The notes beneath the pieces were generated by a model. That model was given only the letters and a program-made list of their open reading frames with translations. It searched no databases and was not told where the DNA came from. This document shows, piece after piece, positions 51,842 through 64,000 of a stretch of DNA of 64,000 nucleotides (position 1 is its first letter; each line of letters opens with the position of its first letter). This DNA is from Podarcis liolepis (Eukaryota). A program made the position numbers and the translations under genes. The stretch lies in the NCBI GenBank assembly GCA_965112155.1, contig OZ218107.1; one strand, written 5' to 3'.

Positions 51842-52554
51842 CTGGGGTAGAAAAAATTTATAAAATAATGCAACTCTGTCAACCTGGTAATTCGCAGAGA
51901 AATCTTCTTTACATCAAAATTTCATTTCTCATGTTCAAATAAGAGAAGCTTGGTTATTTTAAGCTAGCCTAGTCCACGTCCCACCAAATCACAAGACTAT
52001 GACAACTATTTTGGCCTCTTTTGTAAGAATGTAAATTCATTGCTGCGTAAGGGAGTTTACTGCAAGCTGGTTAAGACCTTTCTAATTTCACTGAAAGGTA
52101 ACCTCAGAACAATTGATAGTAATGATTACATTTCATAGGTGTACCCCACAATGCCCATTTCAGTTTCTTAGGTAATGTGCTCAGAAGGTGCAGAGTGATA
52201 AGTTAAAGGAAGGAGAGGTAACTTGGGGGCCACATTTCACATCATCCCTGACCACTGCCCATACTTATTGGGGTTGATCAGAGTTCGGAGTTCTGGCCCT
52301 TGTTCTGCAGAATAGCATTCCTGTTGAGGTACAACAAGCACCCACTATCTGCACTTTAGATAACTATTGTAGACATTTTTGTTCATTTATCCAGATGGAT
52401 AAATGAATCTCTGCGATGAGTTTCTAATTTGTACTGCTTTCAGTTTTCTTTTAAATGTAGGGTTTTTTGTTTTTAATTTTCTGCTTTGATTATCCATTGC
52501 CTTTAGATGATCATGTGGGAGATTTACTATTATATTATATTTATAAAATACATA

Positions 52555-52908
52555 GGTAAAGGTAAAGGGACCCCTGACCATTAGGTCCAGTCGTGACCAA
52601 CTCTGGGGCTGCGGCGCTCAACTCGCTTTATTGGCCAAGGGAGCCGGCGTACAGCTTCCGGGTCATGTGGCCAGCATGACTAAGCCGCTTCTAGCGAACC
52701 AGAGCAGCACACGGAAATGTCATTTACCTTCCTGCTGGAGTGGTACCTATTTATCTACTTGCACTTTGACATGCTTTCGAACTGCTAGGTTGGCAGGAGC
52801 AGGGACCGAGCAACGGGAGCTCACCCCATTGCAGGGATTCGAACCGCCGACCTTCTGATCGGCAAGTCCTAGGCTCTGTGGTTTAACCTACAGCGCCACC
52901 TGCATCCC
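52555..52908 (-). mobile_element. Full-length Sauria SINE, different subfamily
   Basis: A/B-box head, ACCTTT tail, 12-bp TSD ATA(A/T)AATACATA with 1 mismatch. Confidence 0.92.
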
Positions 52909-53251
52909 ATATAATACATAACTGCTACCTTTTATTCTCAGCTCAGTTTATAGAACTTCAAATCTGCAGCAAGAATGCTTCAAAGTCTTTATATTTCCTC
53001 TCAATCCAGCCCTGGGCATTATCTCCATTTCAAAAAGAAGGAGCAGAGAAGACAGTCAAACCAGACATAAATATCCTGGCTGAACAACTGTCAGGCTGCC
53101 ATGGTCAAGCAGGGACCATCTTGGCTGTGAGACCTGGAAGACCTGCTTCCTGCACTGCAGGCCTTTTCCACCTGGCCTGGGAAGTTGGGGCCCTGACTGA
53201 CTCCAGTTACAAAAGCTGAAGCTGCTGAACAGACCCTTAGGTTGCAGAATG

Positions 53252-53253
<2 letters not shown>

Positions 53254-53285
<32 letters not shown>
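53254..53285. repeat. (GT)n microsatellite inside an old LINE-like tail
   Basis: Directly visible. Confidence 0.95.
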
Positions 53286-53287
<2 letters not shown>

Positions 53288-53692
53288 TGGTGGTGTTGTT
53301 GCTCTTGTTGATATTAATTTTTGTATCTTTATTTTTAGAGCTTATTATGATTTAAGGTGGAAATTGTTTTATTTGGTTGTGCACTTCCTGATATGTTTTA
53401 TTTACTGTTTATGACTACTTTTGTTATATTTGTAACTATGTAATTGTTTTCACGTTGGAAGCCCCCTTGAGCATTGTTTTAACTATGGAAAGGTGGCATA
53501 CAGATAAAATGATGCATGTATGCTTAAATACTTAAGCCAACTTCATTGTGTTGGCTTAAATACTTCGATCGTGGTTTCTCTAAACCACATTCTTAAATCG
53601 AAACTGTAGTTTCAATTCTGATTTACTGGCTCAGATCAGAAATATGAGGCATTTAGAGTAATATTTCATGGTATAGGTTGCAACACACATAC

Positions 53693-53818
53693 CTGCATCT
53701 CTTCTTTTGTAAAACTGGCTGCTTCATCCCCTAATTCATGTAGATACATACAGTCTGGTTTAGGACACTGCATATTCTTCAAAAAGTAACTGCAATATTT
53801 TGTGGTACCTAAAGATGC
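53693..53818 (-). CDS. CNOT4: CNOT4 exon 6 (CCCH zinc finger)
   Basis: ASLGTTKYCSYFLKNMQCPKPDCMYLHELGDEAASFTKEEMQ, 126 nt. Confidence 0.98.
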
Positions 53819-54037
53819 CTGGGGGGGAAACGAGACATTAACTATAAAGGACAACAAACTATATACTTTAGAAGTAAGCCTGTTTTAGAATCCAACTCCT
53901 GGTATCATGGTGCTCAGTTACATGTACTGATAGATATTTGCCATTACGTGACACACACACACACACACACCCTTATTCTTATATAGTTACAAACACACAC
54001 ATTCATAGTTATAGTTACACACACACATTCATATTAC

Positions 54038-54139
54038 CTTAAGTGTTCTTCCATCTACTACCACATTATTGACACACTGTATGGCTCTGAGTGCATCTTC
54101 TGACCGGATGTAAGTTACATATGCACTTGCACTTGGACC
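54038..54139 (-). CDS. CNOT4: CNOT4 exon 5 (RRM)
   Basis: GPSASAYVTYIRSEDALRAIQCVNNVVVDGRTLK, 102 nt, AG/GT flanks. Confidence 0.98.
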
Positions 54140-54917
54140 CTAGATAATTAAAAAAAGTGTATGTGCATAGGTCAGTTTATTAGTCATCCTATAATGCAGC
54201 ACTGAACTTCACAAAATTCTGAAGTACTTAATACATAAGAAGCCCTCGGCAAAGGATTCATTTGCAAGAGTACAGTAGTAATTTTTACTGCAATATTTGG
54301 ATAATCAGTTTAAACAGATTACAGAAGTGCCTGTGACTAATCGGACAGCAAATTTAAAACATATTTTGTCATAGAAGTACTTCTAAATACTCCACCTGGC
54401 AAGCACCATTTTAAGAGGCACTCCTATCCATAAAACAAAAACAAAGGAATACTTCTAAGGCAATGTCTGCTACAACAGGAATGCAAAACCTAAATTAAAA
54501 AAAACTATGTTCCTTGCTTCAGAGTGAGGAAACTATGTTCGTTTCTTCAGAACATATGAGTAAAATCTGTAGAATGAAGCAACTATATGCCATACAAGGT
54601 TGGGCTTCCTGAAGTTAGGTTTGAATTGATGGTTTCCCAACTCTGTACACTGATATTCATAGCAACAAGGCTACAACAGCTTTACTCCAAAATCCATACC
54701 ATGCATTTGGATTCCCTTCTTTCTTTACAATTATGTTAACTTTTTGCCTGCTCTTTGCTCCTCTACCCATTTTGAAGCCAACTTCTAAAAACTTAAGTAT
54801 TCCAAGTAACATATCCCTTTCCTACTAACAAACTTGAATGGAAAAGTAACATATACTTTGAAATAGGAATTACTTTTTTCATTAGTATGACAATAGCATA
54901 TCACCCAGATTAGGGTA

Positions 54918-55246
54918 CAGTGGTGCCTCGCAAGACGAAATTAATTCATTCCGCGAGTTTTTTTGTCTAGCGAATTTTTTGTCTGGCGAAGCACGGTGTC
55001 GGAAAAGTTTTGGAAAAGCTTCAAAAATCACCAAAAACCTCAAAAAAGGCTACCACACCGCGTTCTATGAGTTGCTCCTCGAAGTCAAGTCGCATCTGTA
55101 TTAACGGTGTTAAGAAAAAGGAAACAAACTTGCAAGACGTTTTCGTCTTGCGAAGGAAGCCCATAGGGAAATTCGTCTTGCGAAGCAGCTCAAAAACCGC
55201 AAAACCCTTTCGTCTAGCGAGTTTTTCGTCTTGCGGGGCACCACTG
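54918..55246. mobile_element. Tc1/mariner-pogo type MITE, family C
   Basis: Same TIRs and TA TSD; longest copy of the family in this window. Confidence 0.9.
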
Positions 55247-55773
55247 TATAATTAAAAATCTTCACCAAGGTACAATGCACACCCAGAAGTCAATACAATC
55301 TTTCTATTTAGTGAAAAACTATAACATATTTCGAGTATATCAGCTTCTGCACCAGCAAAACAGCTATAGTAAATCATGGGGTGCTCCAAGTTAGAATGCA
55401 ACTACATTCCTGAACAGGGGTGTACAAAGAGGCAATAATAAGGAGGCTACATTCCAGACAGAACAAATGAAAAGATCTGGACACATGTTTGCAGGGGAAT
55501 ACATTCATAGGCTACACTTAACTGAAATTACATTCTAATTGTAGAAATTCAGGGGCAGTTTACACCTTACTGCTGGGTATTCTACATTGTAGAATTAATC
55601 TGACTCTGGTTATTAGTACATGCAGACAAAAACAGAGCTGCTGAAATGTTCCAGTATGGAATGTTTTTGACCCAAGTATGTAAAAAATGAGTTGTCCATA
55701 TGCAACTGAAACTGTTGGAACTCCAGCTGAACACCCACCTTTTGCCTAGGTCAAGGGGAAATCAGTATCTTAC

Positions 55774-55860
55774 CTGTGAGCCTGCATATGATGTGCTGTT
55801 GTTGATTACAACCTTGTGTATTTTACCAAATTTCCCAAAATATTCGGGCCTTTTCAAAAC
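55774..55860 (-). CDS. CNOT4: CNOT4 exon 4 (RRM)
   Basis: VLKRPEYFGKFGKIHKVVINNSTSYAGSQ, 87 nt, AG/GT flanks. Confidence 0.98.
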
Positions 55861-56819
55861 CTGTTTGGAAGATTACCGATAAAAAAGCAATATTAAGAAG
55901 CAGCTCAGACAAAACTCAGACTACTAAGAGATGCCTAACTATTTTTGATCCCTTTGTAAAATCTTTTAACCAAAGAAAGCAATGGAAAATTGCTAAGCAG
56001 TTACAAATGAACTATACAAAACATTGGTCTCAGGCTGTCAACTGGAGCAGCGTGGGAGTCTCCACCCAGGCACGTAACTGGTACTGAGCACATACCATAT
56101 TTCCTACAATTAGTAGCAGATAACTTCAATTCTCTCTCCCGAAATCTAACAACACTGTATTATAATGAGTTCTTCTAACAGCCTGCAGTCCATAAATCAC
56201 ATAAAATTCCAAGTGGAGATTGAAAGGTATGCCAAGTGGGTACCAATTTAACAGGCCCACTGCCAGCAGGGACCCCAGACTATGAGCTTTCATTTAAAAA
56301 ATCTAGCCCTCCTAGAAATAAACTTATAAAGCAAGGTGTTCAGGTACCCTACTAAGCAATGTGCTAGGCTGTCTGCTCCTGTGTTTAAGTGTTTTTTAGC
56401 CAATGAATAAAGACAGAATTGTGGTTGAAGAGTGCACTTTGTGAGCATCAAGAGAAAGAAATTCATGGGATCCTAAAGAGCTTATGTTTTCCCCTCCCCT
56501 TTGGTGCACTTTTCCTGATTCCATCTCATTTTGTAGCACTTGGAACCTCTGTAGAATACGCTTTTTTCTTATCAACCAGAATGCATCTTTCCTATGGTGG
56601 GATTGTCTGAGATCATGTAGTCCCCAGAAGTTATTTTCTGAAATACTACTACACAGTAAGTGTAGGTGAATGCTAAAGAAAACTATGGTGAATTCAAAAT
56701 TTGGAGGAATTGGGCATGTCTCCTGCTGTGCAGGATCTATGGTGCAAGCATTAATTAACAATTCATTGCATAGCTATCAGCAAAAGGGCACAAAGATTTG
56801 AATATGCAAATGTCCTCTT

Positions 56820-57490
56820 TTGTGAGTAGATCAGAGGTCCCAATACAGTGTACCAGGCCCAGAAAATCCTGATAGCACTCCTGCAGATTGAGCACCAACA
56901 TAGTAATATGTCTCACTGACCAGTTTAAGATAGTCTGGTCATAGTGTTCTCACCAACTAAAATTTCTGAAAGCTTTTAAGAGCAGCCCCATGTAAAGTCA
57001 TACTATCAAAGTTGTTGCTTTAGCAGGCTTCAGAATGAATTACTATGGTCAGAATTGTCTTCTGCAAGTAAGTGCAGCTTAGTATGTCAGCAAAAGTGGT
57101 CCAAGCCCAGCATCCAGAAGCTGTTCCAGATCAAAGAAAACATCAAACTGGGAGCCTCCCTTTTCAGAGCAAATGCAGCCCCATCCAAGGCAGGCTGTAC
57201 AACTAACTCCAGATCCACTGGTTCTCACAATCAACAATATTTCTATCTTATTAGGATTGTTATTGCATATTCAATGACACACTGCTCCCTCTAGACAACT
57301 TCAGTGTCCACTGTCTCCCTAGGGTCTCATGAAAAAGAGTATGTGTGCCGAGTATCATCAGCGTACTGATGACTTTTCAACCAGGATTCCCAGACTAATG
57401 ACCATGGGATATAACAGAATTCAACCGGCATCATTTTATGGGTCCGCAGCCCTGGGTTGGTGGTACTGAACACCACTGAAAAGACCAGAA
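56820..57490 (-). mobile_element. Degenerate L2-type LINE RT fragment
   Basis: HQYADDT catalytic motif on - strand near 57350-57372; surrounding frame disrupted. Confidence 0.7.
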
Positions 57491-57597
57491 GAATCAACTA
57501 ACTTGAGTAGGAATTTATTTGGCAACTATAATAACTGCAGCAAAAGTTCAGGATACAGTTATTCTACAGGAAGTTCAGACTTCTGGCAGCTGCTTAC

Positions 57598-57795
57598 CTC
57601 TGGATCTGCTAGGCGTTGGGATAACCCTACTACGAATACAAGATTCTTCTGTACAACCCGTACACTGGCCAGATGTTTACGATTCTCTGATATCTTCTGT
57701 TTTCTTTCATTTTGCTTCTGTTTCTTTTCATTTTTTATCCTTTGCAGCTCTTCTTGGGAGAGTGGTTTATACACTGCTGGATCTTCTGGATATGG
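57598..57795 (-). CDS. CNOT4: CNOT4 exon 3 (coiled coil, RRM start)
   Basis: PYPEDPAVYKPLSQEELQRIKNEKKQK...VFVVGLSQRLADPE, 198 nt, AG/GT flanks. Confidence 0.98.
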
Positions 57796-59265
57796 CTGAT
57801 AAAAAGAAAAGTGGGTAAGCCTTGATTAATAATTTCCACATCACTGTTTCCTGCAAACCTCAAGCCCACTGCAATAGATGCTATATGAATGATATAGAAA
57901 CAAGCAATGACTTCAAATAAATCTGAGCCCACCAAGGAATAGGTGTGCACTTTCTGCCAGTGAGGCTTCTTAAACTTTGATATCATCCTTTGCAAAGATG
58001 GGTGACATTTCCTCCCTTGAATTGTGCAGCAGCAGATAAAGGTAATGGTAGATAGGCTGCCATTACCTGTCTTCTCATTGTGAGAAGCTTGGTGCATTTC
58101 TATAGAATACAGAAAACATAGTGATTAGATGTAAACTTGTTTCAAAGCAGGCATCTGAAAATATAATGGCTGATATTATACGAGTATGAGTGTCATGATA
58201 AAACACTAACAGTAACTTGTCACAAAAACACAATATATGACAATACCATGCTGATTAATACCTTTTTTTTAAAAAAAAACCCTTTTAAAAAAATCAAAAG
58301 CTTAAAGGGATGCAATGCAACATTCAGTTTTTTACACATGCCTCCCTTTAACCACCACTGGCACATGAAATGTGACCCACTTTAGCAGGTCAGTGAGTTC
58401 AAACAGCTGGGTCATCAGAAGCATTCAAAACAAATGTCCTAGTGAAGTACTTAATGAGCATCTACAGATTTCAAACACCTCACCACATTACAGAAAAGGT
58501 GCAAATTTAGAAAAAAGATAGAGATGATGCAATAACCAAAACACATCTGTTCATTTAAAGAAGTTAAACTGAAAACAGTTTTAGGGTGGCACCTGGCTAA
58601 GTCTTACTTAGACCCACTGAAATAAATGAACTTTAGTTTATTTCAATGGATGTACACTAAGCATCACTTAACTGGATACCACAAGTGTACTAGCACAAGT
58701 AGTGTGGGAATTGCTTTTTCATGAGCAAACAACATTTAAAGTGTCCCAGCTATGTTGCCAGATGCCCATCCCATGTGCTCCATCGAAGGATAAAAGTCCC
58801 TGATCCCTTGACCATATCAAGAAAACCATAGGTGAGAAGCCTCAGGCCCAGAGGCCAAGTGCTGCCTTCCAGGCTTCTCTAATCTGGCCATCAGGACTTA
58901 GACACCCTTCACTGGCCCTACTCCATATTCTCCTCCAGCTCTTTTGCTTGGCTAGAATGTGTCCTTGAACAGTGACAATGTATCTTACTTATCTGGGTAT
59001 CTTACACAGAAACCTGCTTCCCTTTTTGCCTGTTGCTCTGATAACATGTCCTATGATGGGAGGAAAGTCTTTCCATCTGTCTGACCACCCTATTCCCACT
59101 TGCCCTGCCAACCAAGACACTTGTTGCAGATTTCAGAGGAGACGACTGGAAACAGCTGTGGGTGGAAGAAGTGGAGGATACTGTATTGCCCTATGATATA
59201 TGTACCACTAAACCGATGTTTACAGTGATACTTGACTTCTGACAATTCATGAGTTCAGGAGAATA

Positions 59266-59485
59266 CAGTGGTGCCTCGCAAGACGAAATTAATTCGTTCT
59301 GTGAGGTTTTTCATCTTGCGAAGCACGGTTTCCTGGGTATTAACGGTTTTAAGAAAAAGGAAACAAACTTGCAAGACGTTTTCGTCATGTGAAGCAAGCC
59401 CATAGGGAAATTCGTCTTGCGAAGCAACTCAAAAAACGAAAAACTCTTTTGTCTTGCGAGGCATTCGTCTTGCGAGGTACCACTG
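59266..59485. mobile_element. Tc1/mariner-pogo type MITE, family C
   Basis: Same TIRs and TA TSD; deletion derivative of the 54918-type copy. Confidence 0.9.
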
Positions 59486-59682
59486 TACTTTGCGGAAAGT
59501 ATAGAACTCAAAAGTCAAACAAAGATCAATATTTCACTTAAAGGGACTCCATGTTCCTCCCTGGTTTGACAGTGAACCCCAAGATACAGTCTTAGGGGAC
59601 AAGATACATCATGTTTAAAGCAACATTTCATGTTGGTGAACCTTATTACATAACCAAATTTATTCTAATGAACTTAATATAC

Positions 59683-59856
59683 CTTTCTGCAAGCAGGGCA
59701 AAGCCCATTCTCATCAGTGCGAATACGATGCCAACAGAAGCGACAGATCTGGTAACCACAGGTGCAAGGGAAGAAGTTTATGTCATCAATTTCAAGAGGC
59801 TCCATACAAAGGGGGCATTCCACAGGGTCTTCCTTCGCATCTGGGCTGCGAGACAT
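59683..59856 (-). CDS. CNOT4: CNOT4 first coding exon (C4C4 RING); exon spans 59683-59941 including 5'UTR
   Basis: MSRSPDAKEDPVECPLCMEPLEIDDINFFPCTCGYQICRFCWHRIRTDENGLCPACRK, 174 nt, AAG|gtatat; acceptor ttttccag with AG at 59942-59943. Confidence 0.99.
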
Positions 59857-61617
59857 CTCTGTTTTCGCACAGCAGCAAAAAAGTATATAATAACTTAAGG
59901 GAGGAATAGCACAGAAAACTAAAATGAAGATACTTGAAGATCTGGAAAAGAAAAAAGATGAATGAATTACTATTTAAGTCTACACTGGAGCATAACCAAT
60001 TAATTCACCCTGAATCAAAAAGCAGTTTATAAGATTGTTTTTTTCCCCATTGCTTTTGCTTAAAATATTTCACAGCCTCCAACTTAGTTTTCAAGGGGTA
60101 TTAACCCACAAAGTTTTCCACTCTCAGTGAACTGTGAAAAAGAGTGGCATCTAACCCTTTAGTTTCCCACTGTCATTTAAGCAAACATCTCAAATTATTT
60201 TACAAACCCTTTGTTGTATAACAGCGCAATGAAGTCCTCCAAGTAAACAGCCAAAGTGAAAATTTCTTCAAATCTTTGTTCTTACATGATTCACAGAAAG
60301 CATTTATACGCTTTGGGGTTTGTAGCCCTCCCCCCAACCCTCAATATGTGGTGAAGACATTTACCACACTTAAAAATGAACCAATAGCCAAGCAGTATTC
60401 AATTGAGGGGAATGAAATTCCACAGCCGAGGGCTGGCATCAAGAAAAACCTCAACATGTCCTTGGATTTATAACACATGAGTATATTCTATATCTTAGAA
60501 ATCACAACGGTATGTGGAGGTTGTATGCAAGCTCTCCAGTATAATTACTGTGATAGTAACTGGCCTGCAGCAGTCTGTTCAGTGATCAACTAAATCAATA
60601 GCAGTCAAATCTGCAGCCTTTGGTTTAATATAATATAGATGGAAAGGAAAGGAAAAACACGAGAAAAATTGTGTGACAGAAAGGAAGAAAAGGGGTACCC
60701 TGTCTCTTGCCCCACCCACTACCAGCATGTACCCCATGTACCAACATTATCTTGGAGGCAATCTGACCTTCAGAAAGAAGGTTCCCTGCATTTGATTCTT
60801 TGGCAAACATTGCTCAGGCAGAGTTAGAGAAATTTTACATTTTATTCACTGAAGTGCCAGGGGTCCAGCAAACACATAAAGTCAGCTCAGAACCACCATC
60901 AATGCCAGCCCGTGTAAATAGTGTTCATCTAAGTGTGCACCATTTGCAGTACTGAAGCAAACAATTCTTGAATTGATTCAGAAAAGCACTGATATTATCA
61001 GTATGATTATCCCAAACAACCTCAATGTTTTTTCCTGTAACACTTGCTCAATTTCCAGTGGATCCCATCAATATGGCAAGATGAAAAACTAACTAAAAAG
61101 CTCTTTACAAACATCAGCAAGCTGCCACTACTGGTTGCAGAAAAAAATGGAGCACAAGGAATAGTGACTTCTACAACAATAGGTAGAACTAGGCCACAAA
61201 TACAAACATAAACATCTGGGAACTACAAGATAATAGCACAATTATCTTGGTGCCCAGAAGCAGATACTATTTAGAATTTAACATGAACTGGTGTGCTAAA
61301 AGTAACCTTAGGTACTATGTTGAGAAACTATAGTTGGGATTCTCTATACATGTAAAAGACTGATTTGTCCAAGTATTTAACAAAGTTCATAATTTGTTTG
61401 GAACAAACTGAAATAGTTTTGCTTATCATAATGCCGTTCAAGATTTGTAATTAACAACACAAATGATATCTGAATATCCTGTCTTCTAATTTGCCCTACT
61501 TGTCCCTCAGTGGGCAAATACAACCAGATTCTAATCTAGAGAATGGGGTGTAGGTGTCAGCAAACAGACTTAGAAATTCTTACTGAATTTCAGTGGAGTT
61601 ACACTGACAGCAGAAGA

Positions 61618-61988
61618 CAGAGGTTTTCAGTCTTTTTGAGTCCATGGCTCCCTTGACCAACTAAATTCTTTCTGCAGCACCACTGTGGGGCTCAGGAGCC
61701 CAGTTATGTCACCCCTTGCCTGCAGAGCTGGCAGCCTCTCATCCTTTTTCAAATACCCTCCCTTGTGGAGCGTCCCCTCAGCCTTCCCTCCCCGCTCCTT
61801 GGGAGTCCTCCGGGCAGCCGCTGTCACCGCCCCGGTCTCTGAGCTGTCCCCCACCCACCCCAAAGAGAGGTGTCTCCCCACACTGCCCCACAGGGGTCTG
61901 TGAAAAGGATGCTCCCAGCCTTAGTGCCCCAATGGAGACTTGCCAAAGGTGAATGTGAAGCCAGCGGCACACTGGTTGAAAACCACTG
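61618..61988. mobile_element. Non-autonomous hAT element
   Basis: TIR CAGAGGTTTTCA / TGAAAACCACTG, TSD GCAGAAGA/GCATAAGA. Confidence 0.78.
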
Positions 61989-63539
61989 GCATAAGAGTTA
62001 GGAGTGTCCTGCATAAAATGTATCTGAAGCAATCTGAAAGTGCTTTAGAATGAAATAACCAACCGCTGAGCTTCTTGCCATCACATGTAAGTAAATTAAC
62101 TAGATCCAAAACAGAAAATTTGGAAATACTTTATTGTACTTTCCTTTTTGAATTTGTATCTTCTTCTTCCCAGAGAATCTCAAAGCAGCTAAATGGGAGC
62201 TATCTCATGCACAACCACCTTGCAAGGTAAGTGGATGAAACAATATTAGTCTGGGTCATCCAGTGAGCATTACGGATCAACAGGAATGTGACCTCAGGTC
62301 TCCTTGGTCGATGCCCCAAATTCTTGTTATCACCTAGAAATTCTGCAGATTTTTAGGGCTCCAATCTGCAGAAGTCAACCACAGCTTATACCTATTCATT
62401 ACTACAGCTTGCATCCTTTTAACATCCATGGACATATAATGCAGGCCCATATGTTAGTCCTGATGAGCCTATAAGTCTCTTCTAAATGAAACTGGACACT
62501 TTAGCAAGACTTTCCTCAGTTTACTCCCCAGATACTATTTTTGGCACCCTGTTAAGTAACTGCTTTTTATACAGCAAACATCTTCTATTACAAACTTCAT
62601 TAACTCAGAAGTCACAGCATGAACACATTTGCATGAAGTGTAACTACGCAAAATATATGTGCCGTCATTAAATGCACAGCTCCCCAGAATTTAAGGTGGA
62701 AACCCTCTCAACTCTACTTAGAGATGCAGGGGCTGGACCTAGGACCTTTTGCATGCAAAGCAGATACTCTACAGCTGAGCTATGGCCCTTCTCCACAGAA
62801 GATGAACTCCAATCTAAAAAACGTACAGTTCTATTTTGTAACTCTGAAGCATCATATTGCTGTATCTATACCACAGAGAATGAACATGGGGTCCACACAC
62901 TGTCTATGAGTACTTCTGTGCTGCCCAGGAGTCTAGAAAATATCAAGTACTGTAGTTTTACTGATACATGAACCACACAAGGCTAGAAACCATTTAAAAT
63001 ATTGCATCCTGAGTGACTAGGGATTTATTTCTTGAAACTAGCAAGACCACAGCCCCAGCTGATGAGTCCTGCTTGTGAGTGTACTTCTCTATAAATATGT
63101 TCATCACCCTGTTGCAAGTTCTACATTTATGTGCAGCCAGAGACAAATATGTAATCATATGACAGTCTATGTGGATTTCATACTTCCTATGCAGAGGTGC
63201 TTTTTGTGTAGTCTCTCCTGCTCCCCCCCCCATCCCAAAGTTTTGGTTTTTGTGGTTGGAAAAATAAGCTTGAGAACATGAGGGAAGAGTGCCCTAGAAG
63301 GTCCAGATATCAAATAAAGAAAACTGCACGCTTCCCAAGTTAATCCAATGAAGTTAAGACCTTGTCAGGAGTTAATACTGAGAAGGAAATTAAGCACTCC
63401 AACACGAAGAAAGGATCAGTTCAAAAAAGGAAGCTGGTCAGGCTTCACTGTTTCCAACCACTTTTTCTAAAATTATAGCATCATTAACAAAAGAGTACAT
63501 AAATGTACATAGTATTATGATCACAGTGTTACTGTAGGT

Positions 63540-63742
63540 CAGAGCTTTCCAAACTGTATCGCGGCACATTAGTGTGTTGGCTGCAGTGTGTAGGTGTGTC
63601 ACACAAACACTCCCCACGCTCCTTCCGGGGCTGGAAAGTGTTTAGTTTAACCTCCGGTTTGCTAGTAAAACTGAGTTACTGTGTCGCAAAATGATGCATG
63701 CCTAAAAGTGTGTCACCAACATGAAAAGTCTGGAAAGCTCTG
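63540..63742. mobile_element. hAT MITE
   Basis: TIR CAGAGCTTTCCA(A/G)ACT, TSD CTGTAGGT/CTGTAGCT, subterminal CGGCACATTAGTGTG like the 25889 element. Confidence 0.82.
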
Positions 63743-64000
63743 CTGTAGCTGTATAAAACCATATGCTATAGTCAGACTTGAACATTGGTTTCAGGAATGG
63801 ACAGTTCACAAATAAGATAAAACTAAGTTGAACAAGAGAAACAGGAGAGCTAGAAATTAGCATGGGTTAGATACAGAAAAAGATGCAGGTGAGAGCCTCT
63901 ATAAGGAATGCACTACTATATACAAACCCTACACATAGGTTGCCATGTAACCATCACACAGGTGTACATTTTGCTGCATGCTTGCATCCAACATATTCAT

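Overview
Vertebrate genomic DNA, most likely from a squamate and probably a lacertid lizard (inferred from Sauria SINEs, CR1/L2 relics and the MITE families). Two genes converge tail to tail. (1) + strand, about 5.4-16.5 kb: a five-exon type I membrane protein of about 320-338 aa with one sushi/CCP domain, SUSD3-like but clearly diverged; the ORF track largely misses it. (2) - strand, 59941 to about 21000: all coding exons of CNOT4 (RING, coiled coil, RRM, CCCH, low-complexity C-terminus); its non-coding exon 1 and promoter lie beyond the window. CNOT4 has a 9-nt alternative donor, an extra in-frame 156-nt cassette exon (predicted 710/713 aa without it, 762/765 aa with it) and several candidate stop-containing cryptic exons. 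Introns hold many young non-autonomous DNA transposons (hAT with 8-bp TSDs, Tc1/mariner-pogo with TA TSDs). The most striking item is a 490-bp hAT element with perfect TSDs whose interior looks like a captured CpG-island 5'UTR plus polyQ/polyP/polyA start exon (Pack-TIR-like). No rRNA, true tRNA or CRISPR. Exon boundaries were read by eye from GT-AG signals and frame continuity; comparisons with other species are from memory, not searches.
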